Shown one piece after another: positions 13,426 to 27,169 of a stretch of 64,000 nucleotides of DNA (within the stretch, counting starts at the first letter, position 1; every line of letters starts with the position of its first letter). Source of the stretch: Dicyema japonicum (Eukaryota > Animalia > Dicyemida); NCBI GenBank assembly GCA_011109175.1, contig RDEW01000025.1, positions 341,990 through 405,989 of the forward strand, read 5' to 3'. A program made the position numbers and the translations under genes. The notes beneath the pieces were generated by a model, which was not told the DNA's origin, did no database searches, and saw only the letters and a program-made list of their open reading frames with translations.

Positions 13426-16119
13426 TAAATAATTTATTATTTATGGTGTTTTTGTTTATTTATTTCCAGTTCTTGTAAACTAATGGCTAATGGGAACTTA
13501 CACCCGAATAGGATCCACCAGAGATAATTAGCGGTTAAATGGGATAAAAATCATCTTTCAGGAATCAAAGAATTGTTTGGGACAACGTGATCCCCAAATT
13601 AGTCGATGGAAATTGACTTTGATGGAATGAGGCAAACATAGCATTTGGGGATTAATCTTGGGCTTGAGCCTTGTTTCTGATCTTCTAAGGAAGAGGTTGA
13701 ATCTCTTAGAATAACTTATAATCAATAATATTATTTTTGTTTGAACACTTTACATAGGCCACGTGGAGTATGATACCAGATGAAGATAACTTGACCGCAA
13801 TGCGGTCTTAGACATGTTCTAAGAGATCAAATCGTCCTCGTGATAACGTTATATTATCCACCTGTTTTGGGAGGTGACCGATACTATGACGTCACCAAAG
13901 GAATTCCTATGGCAGTTGATCATTCCTTAAAGAGCATGAATGTCCCAGGCTGTGTCGGCCTTGAGAGCTAGACAGTTTTAGTTGGGTAGTATTTTCTACT
14001 TGTGAAAGTAAAGGGATTATTAGAACTTTCTAGAATTAATAATCCCCCGTTCCTTCTTAAGACGGATTCGTTTAAGCCTCTCCGATTCTAAGCCAGACTC
14101 TTTTCAGTCTCTCAACTTTTACCAGACGAGATCCACCCCAAGCATTGGCGCATCTATTTTTTCCTCATTTCAAGTCTTAAGGTTTCCGATATCCCCGATT
14201 CCGTAAGAAAAGAAAGGTTATATCCATTTTGAATGGTGGACCACGGAAATATCGGATTTACGAATTTAAGCACTAAAAAAACGTCGGATATACAATCGAA
14301 CCCCATTTTTTCCAATTGAAGGAGTTTAGATGATTAATGTAAGATTCCGTGATTTTCGCTTAGAATCCGTCACCATTTAACTCAAGAACTGCCTAAATAA
14401 CGGACTATAGGAAGAGGACATGGAATAGTTACTCCGACCTTGTTAACATGTAGGCTGCCATTAGGCGTCCATCTGAAAGTACAAAGTGCTACCTCAAGTC
14501 CCTTGGTAGTCCTGATACGGAAAAGATTTGACCCAAGACCTAGGTGTCATAACTGCGTTTCTCAGTCATCACAAGAAAATCAGCTGTAATGAATCTAACA
14601 TTGATTTTGCACAGGCAGTGTCCTTTTTGTGCAAAAGACATCTGCTTCAGCTTGCGTATAAAATATGTCGACTTTGCTGTTTTAATGAATTACTTACTCT
14701 TTTTCTGTCTGTTTTTCGCAAATTTTTCACTGCAGTCAACTGTATTTGATTAAATTATCGTTTGAGGATGAAGTAGTGGACAACCAGTCTGATCATTTTG
14801 GGGGAGATAACCTCGGTGAATTATCAGAGGAAAAAAGATCTGAGTCAGTTTTTCTAAAAATTGGATAATTTAAAGTAACTAAAGCACTAATGGAATCACT
14901 CTAACAGCTAATACATGTTGTCCCTTTATTATCAGAAAAGTTATATAAGTCACTTGGTGCACGTATAGTTCGACCACTTTTCTAAATGAGTCATTTTAAG
15001 GGATATAGAACCACAGCAATGACCATTAATATCTAAGACAACAACATGTCTATGGAAACCCACACAAATCAAATTATCACATTACCCCTATTATCTATTT
15101 AAGTCTCATTATGATCGACGCATCTCATTTTGATTGATTTATGTACCATTATGGTCGGTTTAAATCTCATTTTGATCGTTTTATTTTTCATTGTGATCAT
15201 TTACATCTCATTTTGATTGGACTCATTGTGATTGACGTAAGTTAAGAAAATGGATAGATCTGAGGACTAAGTCTTTTCCTTCATGGTGGATAAAACCTCT
15301 CGTCTCTATTCTTAATAAAAATCGATTTCGCCGTTACAACGCCGTTGCGACTTGGAAAATTAAGTAGGTCTTGTGGTGCCATGATTGGAGATTTCTCTTC
15401 CTTCCTTCTGATGGCGTCATTGGATCCACCCTACTCAGGAGACACCCAATGCATGGCCGACATTTAAAAAGATCCACTTATAATTTTATTGGGAGACTAT
15501 TTCCCTGGTGACAAGTTCTGGTTTCGACCTCAGCTCCCCGAACAATATCTTTGATTGGATGAGGGTTCTAATGGAACCGTAGGATCACGGGATTAGTTAG
15601 TTTGGTTTTACACCTAGTCTTTGGAATAATTTCAGTAATGTCTGATGACATAGGATCTGACAGTTGTGCGTTTGAAGCTGAAAGATGGACTTTCAGTGAT
15701 GTTCAATTTTCTTCAAGCAGATCCCACCCATGAGGCGACCAGTCATTATCCATTCATAAATTGACCCTAACCCATTCCATAAATTCTTAAAATAAAGTAT
15801 GAGGTCCGCCTAAGTGAGGTTTAAGTAAGGGAAACATTAACCTCCTCCTCAATTCAGTTAACAGACCGCTATGCAGTTCTTCTGATTCTTCATCCCGCAT
15901 GTTGTGTTCTCAATTTGGTTACCGACTGCTCTACTGTTCTGCTTATGAAACTCACTGTTTTACTGTTCCACTGTTCTAAATTTTCAGAAACTCAAATTCT
16001 TCATATCTGGACTGCAACATATATATAGATAGAGGCATTGGGGACCGGTTTTGGCTTTGAGCCCATAGGACCCGACATTACAGTGGGAGCAGTTTTTATT
16101 GGTGGTGCTCTTATAATAA

Positions 16120-16400
16120 TCGCATGCTTCTTGCATTTAGCGACGCTGGGATCTACAATTTAATTTAACGGAACTCACATTAAAGTAACCTTGAGATCCA
16201 GCCTCAAGATGATTTCTTCCGAAAAATGTTATTTCACTCAATGTCCGATTTGATAGCACTGGCTGGTCCCAAAGAAAGATCCCGGTAATGTCTGGGGGAA
16301 TTGGTTCGAGGTACCCAGCCGATTTGGGATTCAATGCTACCTGTCGTCCCTCACAAGACCAACTCAATCTTATATTCCTGCCCCAGATTGAATCTGAACC
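16120..16400 (-). mobile_element. Decayed L1/Tx1-like RT remnant
   Basis: IILRLDLKVTLM*V resembles vILKLDxxKAFDxV and is preceded by a degenerate QxxF.pGR region. Multiple stops. Confidence 0.3.
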
Positions 16401-16895
16401 CTGAGCTTAACAGGTTGGCAGCAGTGGACAATAAGAGGGCTTGGAGTTCCGAACAACTGAATCTCTTAGTAGGAGAAGATGAAATCCTTCGTAAAAAGAT
16501 AAATGAATTTGGAAGGTCCGCAGTTATCCATCATCTCACGTGTCTGAATGTTGCATCTGCTGAGAATTCGGGGTGCTGGCTCTATGTCTTCCGATATCTC
16601 AGAATCACACAACTCCATTGGAACCAGCATAAAGGTAGAAGACGTCAATTTCATTCAGTTTTGGAAATCCTTCCAGTGGAGTGGGGGAGAAAAATTAAGC
16701 ATGAAGCCACTCTAGTAGGAGAGGAAAGAGAAAGAACAGAAAAAACAAACAGAACTTAATATATTTTTTTAGCAACGTAGCACCACGGGGAAATAATAAA
16801 ATGATCATTATAGTTGGATTTATTAAGTCTCGTCAAATTTTGATTTATCTAAATTAATTTAATATTAATTTATTTAAAAAAATATTTTTACAATA

Positions 16896-17792
16896 CGGCG
16901 AACCTTTAATACACCAGTATACTATTTGACACGTGATTACCACTTCGTTGTGGTTGGTTTTTTGTTTCTATTTTATCTTGCTTTTTCCTGTATTGTCATT
17001 TGTTCTTCAATATTATATATTATTGAATTCATCAAATAGTGTTGAAGGTTGTTATCAAAATTTCTCATATTATATTTTGGTAACCTATAAATATGGATTA
17101 TTCTCCACTATTTGATTTTTGGTTTTCACTACGATCTGTTTTACTAGATTTCAGATTAAAATTTGTACTTTTAGTTGAAAATATATTTTAATTTTTATAA
17201 ATATTTTGAAATTTTATTGTAATTTTTGGAGAAAATCATCATTGTATCTTTCTTAGCATTTGAATCAAGACACTGTATTTTTGAAATAATTTTTTATTGT
17301 GCCTCTTTAACTTCATTCCATGCGTGAGATATCATAAGGATGGCATGGTACTTACAATATTTTTCAAAATCAAAATTTTTAAACATCTTGGTCTTTTACT
17401 GTGCCCAATAACAAAAGGTTTAATTTTCATTGTTCCAGTGCATTAGCACAAAGAGCTATGATCCTCACTGTTGATTGCTCTATGCCTTTTCTATCTTTAC
17501 ATGAAATTGTTCTCGAAGGGAAAGATTGAAAAAAGAGTCCAGTCTCATCCATGTTTAGTAATACTTCAGGGTCAACTTCTTTTAACTTATCAATCATATT
17601 TTATCTATTGAAATTAATTTCATCATTTGTACGGCTGTTAGCTTCTCGATGGAGAATTTTTAATAAATGTCTTTCGGATTGCTGATATGAAGTTTCGGTT
17701 TATTGAAGTCTGTTGTATGGAATCTTCGTAAAATTTTGCTGACTCATCAAAAAATTCTGATTATTGAAGTTCGGATTAATGGGGGTTTACTG
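16896..17792 (-). mobile_element. Tigger/pogo DNA transposon, internally deleted and decayed
   Basis: Left end TA|CAGTAAACCCCCATTAATCCGAAC. Translated LLNMDETGLFFQSFPSRTI, CANA.GTMKIKPFVIGHSKRPRCLK and AILMISHAWNEV (DDE_1 motifs). The right TIR is only weakly recognisable. Confidence 0.75.
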
Positions 17793-17793
17793 T

Positions 17794-18185
17794 ATTCGCA
17801 TCCCATCGTAGTTGGCTGTTTTCCTCCAAGGAAAATGGATCAGAGAAATCAGGATAGAGATATTCTACTCTCAAACCAAGCGGTAAAATGTTCTCTGGAG
17901 GAAACGTTCTATTCTGAATATTGTCCTTGGGTATTTATTCTCCACAACACGCAATAAAAATTCAGAAGAAGCGTCCGAAATCCACATATTCACTGTTTAC
18001 TCAAATTTCTTTATGTGTCTCCATAAATATGATTTTTAATGCAGACATTGATAACATCTGTTTTTGTGCCTCTCTTCACGATTGGAAAAATTTGACGGAA
18101 ATCACCACATAAACGGTTAAAATTCCTCCAAAAAACGACTACAATTATTGACATGTTGGAGGGTTCTATCCACCGCTTCAAAACA
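17794..18185 (-). mobile_element. Helitron PIF1-like helicase fragment
   Basis: EAVDRTLQHV...FFGGI.TV.CGDFRQIFPIVKRGTKTDVINVCIK..YLWR matches the Helitron helicase motif FGGKxxxxxGDFRQxLPV. It abuts the Tigger left TIR. Confidence 0.75.
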
Positions 18186-20769
18186 CTTTTTTCTAAACAT
18201 AGGACTTCGCTTCATTGAAATTTATTTCCAAATACAACAGTTTACGACAAAACAAGAAATTATGTGATCCCGGCGAATTTCGATAGGACTCTTACCTTGG
18301 CCCGGTGGTCTTCCCTCGATCCGACACAAGCACGCAGGGACGAGTGATCTTCTGTTATCCTCGAGTTTGGCCTCCTTTTCTATTTATTAGGTCATCCAAG
18401 GGGGTAAGTGTAGAATTTAGATCGCCTTTGATGCGGTTTTCTATGATGAAATACGCTCTTTTTTGGGTTGTCGCAATTCCCTAAGCATTCGTCCTAGAAG
18501 TTGAGCGTCTGGACAATTTTGCAGTGTTGGAATCTTTAGGAAAATGGCAATTATAATTGTTAAAAAATTTATTGATTTTTTTAAAATATTTTTTATTTAA
18601 ATTTTTCCACGTTGGTAGTCTTATATGATTATTTTGTGGTTAACTTAATCGAGATGGTTATTTTGCTTAATATGCCATCTACCAATGGAAACCGTAAGAA
18701 AGGTATCGGCATTTCTCCTATTACCCTGGGACTGATTAAAGAAAGAATTCACCGTTTAGCACCTCACTGGAGTGAGTACCACATGATTGGTTTTGCTTGT
18801 AAATAAACAACTTCTTCAATATTAACATCATTTATGTGCGACAATAAAAGGAATCAGACAAGGTTCAAAAAATATAATCAGTGTTAATGGTTTATGGAAT
18901 TCTAGACATTAAGGGAGCTACCAAGTTCAGCAAAAAATATCAAGACAAGTTTTTGTTTACTATGACGAAATCATATATGCCAAGTAATGCACAACCAAAG
19001 CTTTCGTTTATGCAAGCAATTTGATTATTTACATGTGCCGGGGCAAAACTTGTCTGTTAACGATTGAACAGACTGAGTGATCGATAGCCAATCAAGTTTC
19101 AAGATTGTGAATGAACGCCAAATTTCGAAACTCCACAAGATGTTCAAATTCCTTGCTTAACTTTGACCAAAAATCTATGAAATCTCGTACTCATTGATGA
19201 ATGATATACCCTTGCTCCGTTAACGTTTATTCGTCAATCATCTTCGACTTTGAATTTCCCCATAATTCTCATTTTTCGATTTTCAACAAACGACAGGAGG
19301 ACACGATAAAAAGTTATTTGTCACGTGGTCATCAAATGAAATGAAGGGAAAAGTGAACTTGTCTGCCCAGGTCTTATATAGGTAGTCATTGAGATCCACG
19401 TGGTGACCTTAGCAGAGGGGCGCCATGTTTACCTGAATTTTATGAGATAATGAAGATCCTAGCATTGATGCTCGGTGGAGGACGACCCAGAAACTTGTTG
19501 ATTCCAATGCTGTCATCCAATATCAGGTTCGTCTATCAAAAAAACTTTCCCAGCTCTATAATAAGTGCATGTACAATCTCATAATTATCTCCTGTCAAGT
19601 TGCCTTTGTCAACCTCTAGGAAATCGATTTCTACACGCATAGATCTCTGCTAGCACTGCTGCTATTGAGCGAATCTCAATCCTAAAGAGGAATAGCCATA
19701 GGTAAGAGAGACTACTTAAAGACCCTCGGATTGATTAACTTTATATAATATTTTGGACTAAAATTTACATTTTTGGAATTTTTAAACAATTTTAAAAATT
19801 CCAAAAAAATTTTTTTAGGAAGCGGTCTGGCTGAGCAACGAATTGGTATCGCAGTTGTCCGGAAACGCTTACTTCGTGATGTCAGCATTCGCTCTCCCCC
19901 ATAGTTAATAAATAATATTTTATTGTTAATAAAATTTTTTAAAATTTTTTTTAAAACATATAAATTTTTTACACTATTGACAAAAATCGTCTTAATGATT
20001 ATTATAAGTGCTTGTGTGGGTGGGGTCGAGGAAGGAGCATCGTGTCAAGTTGAGGCTCCATCATGGCCTCAACATCCGTCAATTGTAGTCAAGTCTTTGT
20101 TAACCACCAGTTTCCTTCACTTGAAGACACTGGGGTAAATAATTAAATATTAAGTGGCTTAGAATACTCTCAACCGCCAACAGAAAATGTGTAGCGTTCT
20201 CAAAATGCGTCAAAGTGCTCGGTGTGTAGACTAGACGAAATTCAAGTAGTCTTCTCTCCCCACTTCAACTAGATTATTCCTTAGAACACATTTTCTGTCA
20301 TCAGTAGAAAGCCAATCATAGCAGATTCACATCACACTTTTACTTTATATTCTACTATTAGTCCAAGGATGCGGTATCACTGAGATGCTTGGAACCTTTA
20401 GCCGACACGGACAGCATCCGAAGCGGGAAATATTGGAATTCAAATTTTTAAGTCGAAATGAAAGAAATCTCTCTCAACTTATACTTTACATGGTCGAGAC
20501 TAATAAAATTACAAAATTTTATATAGCAGAATCAACATAAATATACCCAAAAAGTTTACCTCTGATATTAAAAATTCTGTAGAACGCAAAAATTGAGAGA
20601 TCCAAATTAAAAAATAAACCACAAATGTCGCAAAGCAATGGTTGTTTAAAAAATGTAAAACAGATAAAATCTAATTATTTAAGTAACTACTAAAATAACA
20701 AAAGCATAACTTTAACCAAAAATATTTAATTTAAGCCTCGTCTTTTATCCATATACCTGAAACTTTAAC

Positions 20770-20856
20770 TCTAAACACTAACCCTAACCCAAACAACCTT
20801 AAGTCCTGACCAAAACCCCTAAACATTAACCCTTAAACCCTAACCGAAAACCCTCA
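20770..20856. repeat. Degenerate (CCCTAA)n-like tract
   Basis: ctaaccctaacccaaacaaccttaa...acccctaaacattaacccttaaaccctaacc. A reverse-orientation counterpart lies at 51150-51240. Confidence 0.5.
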
Positions 20857-21439
20857 AAGGTGCAAATTATTAAACAAAATTTATTAATTAAATTATTTAG
20901 CCTCGTTGTTATTGAGAAAACAATTATCTCCCTCTATTTTGGTTACTTCATAGATACGATGAGCTAGATTTTCGCCATGATCTCTTCTTTTAAGGACCTT
21001 GTCATCAACTTTTGAAGTTTCTTTGTCGTTTCTCCACCTTCTTTTTCAATCATCTTTTGTACTGCTACTTGCGTATATATTCGTGTCTCCTCCCTTGCTG
21101 CATCCACTTTATAAGACAGAAAAATCGACAAATCCTCCGGAATTGCTTCCTGCGGATACTTAGATCCTATAACCGCTTTAAAATATCTCCAACTTCGTTC
21201 TTTGTCACATTATAGTACAGCATTTTCAAAATACTAAAAAATCTGTTCCTGCCCATGTGGGATTTGTTGTGTTCAGACTAAAAACTTAAAGATTGTATAT
21301 ACCTCAATAGTTGATTGTTTTAGCTCTAGCTCGTCGTTTGCAAAAATCGTAATTTATAATTTGTTTCCTACAATGAGCGTAACCCATTCTCTAATTTTAT
21401 TTATTTTTTTTTTAAACAAAAAATTTTTTAACAATTAAA

Positions 21440-21572
21440 CAAATGTCAGTTGAGGAAGCCTGCTGCGTGGATTGCGAACGAGTTCCCTCGGAGTATGGCT
21501 ATTCCAATCTTTTGTCTTAGCCATAACCCTTCTCGTTGATCCCTTTTCTTTCTGGCAAGCAATCCTCCGATT
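21440..21572 (-). mobile_element. CRE-like non-LTR 3' end (restriction-like endonuclease tail)
   Basis: Near-identical reverse complement of 24895-25022. Confidence 0.7.
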
Positions 21573-24049
21573 TTATTTTTTTCAAAAAAAACTCAAAAAA
21601 AGTGATTATTTAAAAAAAATATTTGTAATTTTTAACCAATAAAGAATAAAAATATATAATTATTTTTTTAAATGATTAAAATTATTGACCACGTGTAGGT
21701 CGATACCACATACGGGCAGTGACATAATATAAGACTCGATTATTTATCCGTCTTTATCTTTCATATTACAATGAGCTCCTCGATGATCATTAAGAACTAC
21801 TGATTAACAGACCCATCATGGTTACAAGACTATCTATGGAGACAGAGACTTATTACGGACTAATTTAAAAGCGTGATATAGTCGATTACTAAGCGTGCAG
21901 TTAAATTCACTGACAGATTACTATTCAGCCAAAAACTTTGTTTTATTCACTACCAAGTGATGTGCTTTACGCTAAGTTCGGGAGAAGGTCAGCTTTTCCT
22001 GTCATAACCGGGGGATTGAAAAATCCGTATCCCAATGGAAGCATGTGAAATATTTCTAGAGAACCTAGTACCTTTCCTGTAAGGTCACGATTACAGAAGA
22101 CATAGCCTAAAAGACATAATTAACAAGAGGGAGTCAAAAGAGTCAAGGGAATAATGAAGAATACGGTACAGGATCGAGCTTCAAAAATATCCGAACAATT
22201 GTCTTAGGGGGAACATGCAATCAATTGCAGAAGTCATAGTAAAGTGGATGTTTAGCATTATCCCCAGTTTCGCTAAAATGAATGAAGCTAGCGACCAAGT
22301 CAATTCCAGAGATCTTGCACGAACCACAAACAGTCCTGCTGTTCCAGAGCGAGTAGAAGGATTCTTTTCTCTCATCCAGATATGAGTGATTCTCACAGTA
22401 GACCGACAAACTATGACGTTCTGAGGAGCAATAATTTAAGTAGTGTACACATGGACTCGACCATAAATCAATATTTTATCGGCACCGCCAAAACACATAA
22501 AAATTCAATTAAGGTTCCTTGTACCACTCGGAAACCCTTTGTACTAGTCTCATCCAAGGTCCCCTTTTCAAAAGTAATTCTAAGACGAGTACACTAAAAC
22601 TTGACGGATTTGCTATTTGAAGCTTTTGATAACAACCGAGTTATGTTGCTAAGAGATGCGCCGGTAACGTTGAATTATATTCCGCGATATTATTTCCGCA
22701 TTTAATAGCTTCAATAGAGTTCAAGTGTCCAGTGAGCACCTTCGTTCCTTACACTACGTTATTGCATAAACTCCTTGTCGTCAGAATTCTATTTTCTACA
22801 TTTAAACACGTGTCAGACCTGTATGTCTTCTTGATGTATTACCTGTATTTCTCTTATGCTTTCGTTCCAACACTTTACTTGTCTACAATGTAAAAGCGGT
22901 CTGAGTGATTGAATAGCTTTTAAGACTATAAAGAGGACATGCCTACTCAAATCCACTTCTGTCATCCTTCTTAGTAAAAATTTATTAAACCTGGAATTTA
23001 TTAAAAATTTAAAAATTTGAAAATTTTTATTATTTGTGCTAAATAAGATCACGTCCACTACCACTCAATGGAAAATCCAGTAAAACTTCAAATTCAAAGC
23101 AGATTGCAACATGTTTTTAAGTTTGGGGTATCGTCAAGGCAGAAATATGTGATTAAGGAAATTTTAAATTGAATTATCAAAAACATCACTGAGCGTTTAT
23201 TGGAGATATTTCGAAGCACAGATGAATGTAAGTGAAATATCAAACTCATCAGCTACCACCATTTGTAGGTCTTGGGGGAATTCTGTTAACCTCTTTGTAA
23301 TCAACAGGAATTACTAATTTTCCCAATCCTTAATGTCCGATCCTTGAAGTTAGTAAACCTGTCCGACTAAGGATATTTTCCATAATTGGGTGTCCCAGCA
23401 GAAGATTCTAAAATAGAATTGAAATAAAGTTAAGCTGGGAAGGCTAAAATATTAGTGTCTGAAGTATGCTAGCTTCTCAGTGATGTGACGTTTGGAGAGC
23501 TCCGAGGCCCTCAGACTTTCTTTTAAAAACAAAAGACGTAGAAATCTTATATCAGCACTCTCAGGAACGACTGTGTCTTAAGAGTCTTCTTAATGGTTAA
23601 CGAATGTATATATCCAATTGCCCTCTCACCGCACCAGTCACTAAATTGATTGCAACTGTGATTAGCTTAGTCGAGAAAATTAAGTCACTTTCCGTACAAA
23701 AGTTACCAATTTGATTGAACATTATGAGAATCGGAAAAATAAGTTATTTTCCGGGTAGCACTTCCAAAGTCAAACTGTACCGAGTAATCAAAAAATATCA
23801 TTTACCAGACGGCACATAGCATTGAATTTAATCTGTTCATGACTCCTCCGTCAATTCCTAAGAGATTTCTTGTATTATTTTACCAATCATTTAGTTACTA
23901 TGACTACCATCGTCAGTTTCCGCTATTTTGTTAAAAAACTGATTATTAGTAGAAAACCAAAAAATATTATGTAGAAGGGGAGAAAGAGGTATTAAATTGA
24001 GTTTATTTATTTTAGGAAAATTCAGTCTTGAGTTATTATGGAGCCGTTT

Positions 24050-24200
24050 CTTCCTTCCTTACGAGTGGCGTTTCCCCTATAGACCGCTATGGAGACCAAC
24101 TGGATGAGTCATTGTGTTTCACAGTCACCGTGGCTTCTAAGCGAGGCCATACGGCCGAGTTTCTTGAGGAAGATCAGGGACTGCTGCTTATTGCTCCGGT
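24050..24200 (-). mobile_element. CRE-like non-LTR 3' end, diverged copy
   Basis: LIFLKKLGR...LIQLVSIAVYRGNA matches the FLxxLGxxL...LxQRxSIAxQRGNA tail. Confidence 0.6.
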
Positions 24201-24754
24201 TTCTCGAGGATTTAAATAAGAATGAACAAAAAACGTTTTATTTTACCTTTAAGGTAACTTAGACTCGGAAATATTATCTCAACCCGCTCGGGGGAACAGA
24301 GTGATACACACCCACGTGGTGCATATCGTTGATTAGAACTTAACACTTTTTGGAGAATTGAACCTTTCGGTTTTCTTCTATTTTGGGGATCTGCCCACGT
24401 GACTCATATCATCGAATTCATCTTAAAAATCACATTTTAACGATAATATAAAAAATCAAATTTTCGACTCTTTTATCAAGAACCCGCCCACGTGGTCGCT
24501 TGAATTTATTTAGAAATGAATTTACCTAGAACCAATATTTTGATAAAATATCTCATTTTGGTCGATGTATCTCTCATTTTGATCAAATACCCATGTTACT
24601 CTAACAGTTGTGGATAATATGTGATTTTTTGTCAAAATATGATATGGATTCCCTGATTTAGGCGGTTATCTGAAGAGACTAATCTGAATTAGTTAGAAAA
24701 AATTGCTAAAAATCATATTTTCGGTTTAATACATTGAATCGGTTCAGACACCTG

Positions 24755-25025
24755 GAGCAGCTGCTTCGACTGCGGAAAACCTAAAAATCAAGAAATATTC
24801 TTGCCTCGGGGATCGCTACCGATTTACTCCTGTTGCGACCGAATCATCGGGAGCCGTTGGTCCAATGACGGCTGAATTCTTACAAGAACTCGGAGGATTG
24901 CTTGCCAGAAAGAAAAGGGATCAACGAGAAGGGTAATGGCTAAGACAAAAGATTGGAATAGCCATACTCCGAGAGAACTCGTTCGCAATCCACGCAGCAG
25001 GCTTCCTCAACTGACATTTGTTTAA
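24755..25025 (+). mobile_element. CRE-like non-LTR 3' end (restriction-like endonuclease tail)
   Basis: GAAASTAENLKIKKYSCLGDRYRFTPVATESSGAVGPMTAEFLQELGGLLARKKRDQREG*WLRQKIGIAILRENS. Further copies at about 19650-19720, 39290-39345, 43090-43190, 43890-44090 and 51262-51425. Confidence 0.75.
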
Positions 25026-26114
25026 TTGTTAAAAAATTTTTTCTATAAAAAATACATTGAATTAAGTAAATTTTTATAGTAAAAATAAATTTCATCAAAA
25101 ATAAAATCATCAGTATCAGATGCGAACTCAGGATAATCATACAGAAATTGACTAAAACGAGATGAAAACAAATAATGACGCCCTGTCTTTTCCTTTTATG
25201 TTCAAACATTACTGTCAATGGACGCCCCCAAATGGCAGACTGCTTTAGCTTGATTAAGTCAATAAGCCTGACGATATGCCAGTTGGCCATTATTATTTTA
25301 TTACGTTTTTTATAATAGTCAAAATATTCCAAATTAGGAAATTTGTAATTTACAGTTTTCCACAAGGATCATCAACCCTTCTACAATTACTCCAGAAGCT
25401 ATACATGGGAGGTCAAGATCTGTTTCTTCTTATGGAGACAGTCACCTACTTCCCTCTCTAACAAGTCCCCCCGAGTCACTAAAAAGAGAACGAGAGATCA
25501 TATCCACCCTGAATAAAAGAAGACACTTAATTTACGGAAGCGAACAAAGAAAAAAATTGGGTGGAGATAACTAGAAGGAAAGTATTGAGTAAACCTCAAG
25601 GGGATCTCAAGTATTCCTAGGTTATTCCGGATGGGTACATCAAGAATTCACATATCGAAGATGATTAGAGCAGTGGGCTACATCAGTTTTGGGTGGTAAA
25701 CGACATCAACTCTGATGTTCCCCAAGAATAGAGGGACCATTATTTGGAAGGTTTCTAAAATTGAGGAGATATATCTTGGAGTGACTGAACAAATCCTAGA
25801 AGATATTACTAAAGCTTAAATGAAGTTTTTAATGAACAGAGTAGTTGAGTCAGATTTTGTTTAAGGTGACAATTTGGAGAGGGCTATAGAAAACTTCCAT
25901 TCAACTTTTGCATTAGATTGAGTAAATATTTAAAATTTAGCCTACAAGAGTCATAATTTAAAAGATAAAATATTTTATTAATTTTAGTGAGGCCCAAGAA
26001 TTTAATTAAATTAAATTAAATTTAATTTTATAAAAATATTTATATTATCACTACATATATTTGAACCAACGTTGTTAGGTGTTTATTTTAAATTAAAAAT
26101 TCTTAGTTCTATAA

Positions 26115-26850
26115 ATGAAAATACCGCGAATTTTATCTTTCAATAAAATTCAAATACTGACTAAACTACGAGTCGCTTCTCTTTCCAACCCACGTGACAT
26201 AGAAGCTTCAGATGTGACCACAATGAACGAGATCTCCACATCTTAACTCTAATAAGGGACTTTCTTACCGCGGAAGAGGAAGACCTGCTTTCCAAGGAGT
26301 CCCACCGTCATCTAAAGAGGCTAAAGTACGAGGACGCTCACTGGGATGATGTAATTAGCATTTCTTCCAATTTCAGGCTATTGTAGGGTACAGAGAAGTC
26401 CAAAGGAGTGACTGGTCCCCAACCTTTCTTGCCATAATAACACGTGCGCGGGAAGCCGGATTTTCGGAGGGGATTGATGATGTCATGCCGTTTGTCCATG
26501 CCCTTGATCTGAGTGAGGACGGCTACATCAAAGCCCACGTGGACAGCACACGTGTATAGTACTGATGTGAACTTAGTTTTGTGGGAGTACCATTTCTGGC
26601 CTTTCTCTACTGTCCCCCAGCGTTATGAAGTTTGTAAGTACTCAGAACCCCGCAAAGTTTGCCCACGTGCTCTTAACGAGGAGATCCCTGTATGCTATGA
26701 CGTTAGGGGGTTAATTTACGCTTTAGTGGAACCTCACGTTACGAATACACACATGAAATTTTGCCAAACGATTTGTCGTTCTTTCGAGGTTCCCCCGTCG
26801 TAAAAACTCGTCGGATTTCTTTGATGTCTCGGAATTCCTGTAAAAATTGA
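26115..26850 (+). CDS. ALKBH7: AlkB homolog 7 (2OG-Fe(II) dioxygenase)
   Basis: [63 protein letters not shown] and RRISLMSR. Three introns of 23-26 nt. The N-terminal ~30 codons (mitochondrial transit-like) do not join in frame with any canonical splice I could find, so the start is uncertain. Confidence 0.9.
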
Positions 26851-27169
26851 TTTTTCGTGTTTTCTGCAAATAAATATATTAACTTTGGATTACCTCATAT
26901 TCCATAAGTGGACAGAAACTACGTGATTTAGGTCATCAACCCACGTGGGAGTTCAGATAGCCTACTTTCAGTTATCGTATTAAAATCCTCTTTTTTGATT
27001 AGCGTTTTTGAATATTAATCATGTGCTTCAATAATGACACATAATTGAGGACATTAGGAAACATGTTCACATGCTTTGCTTGAATTTTTCAAAATTGAAT
27101 GGTTTTGTGATATTGAAGGTTCCCCAGCATTTCCCTTTCAATAGCCTACGTTCAGAACCGGAAATGGCA

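Noticed and set aside
24940-25365. 141-aa ORF in the track, and similar ORFs at 16301-16759, 42878-43192, 47110-47422 and 58489-58833
   Set aside because: They run antisense to transposon remnants or through AT islands, with no recognisable domain or splice pattern.
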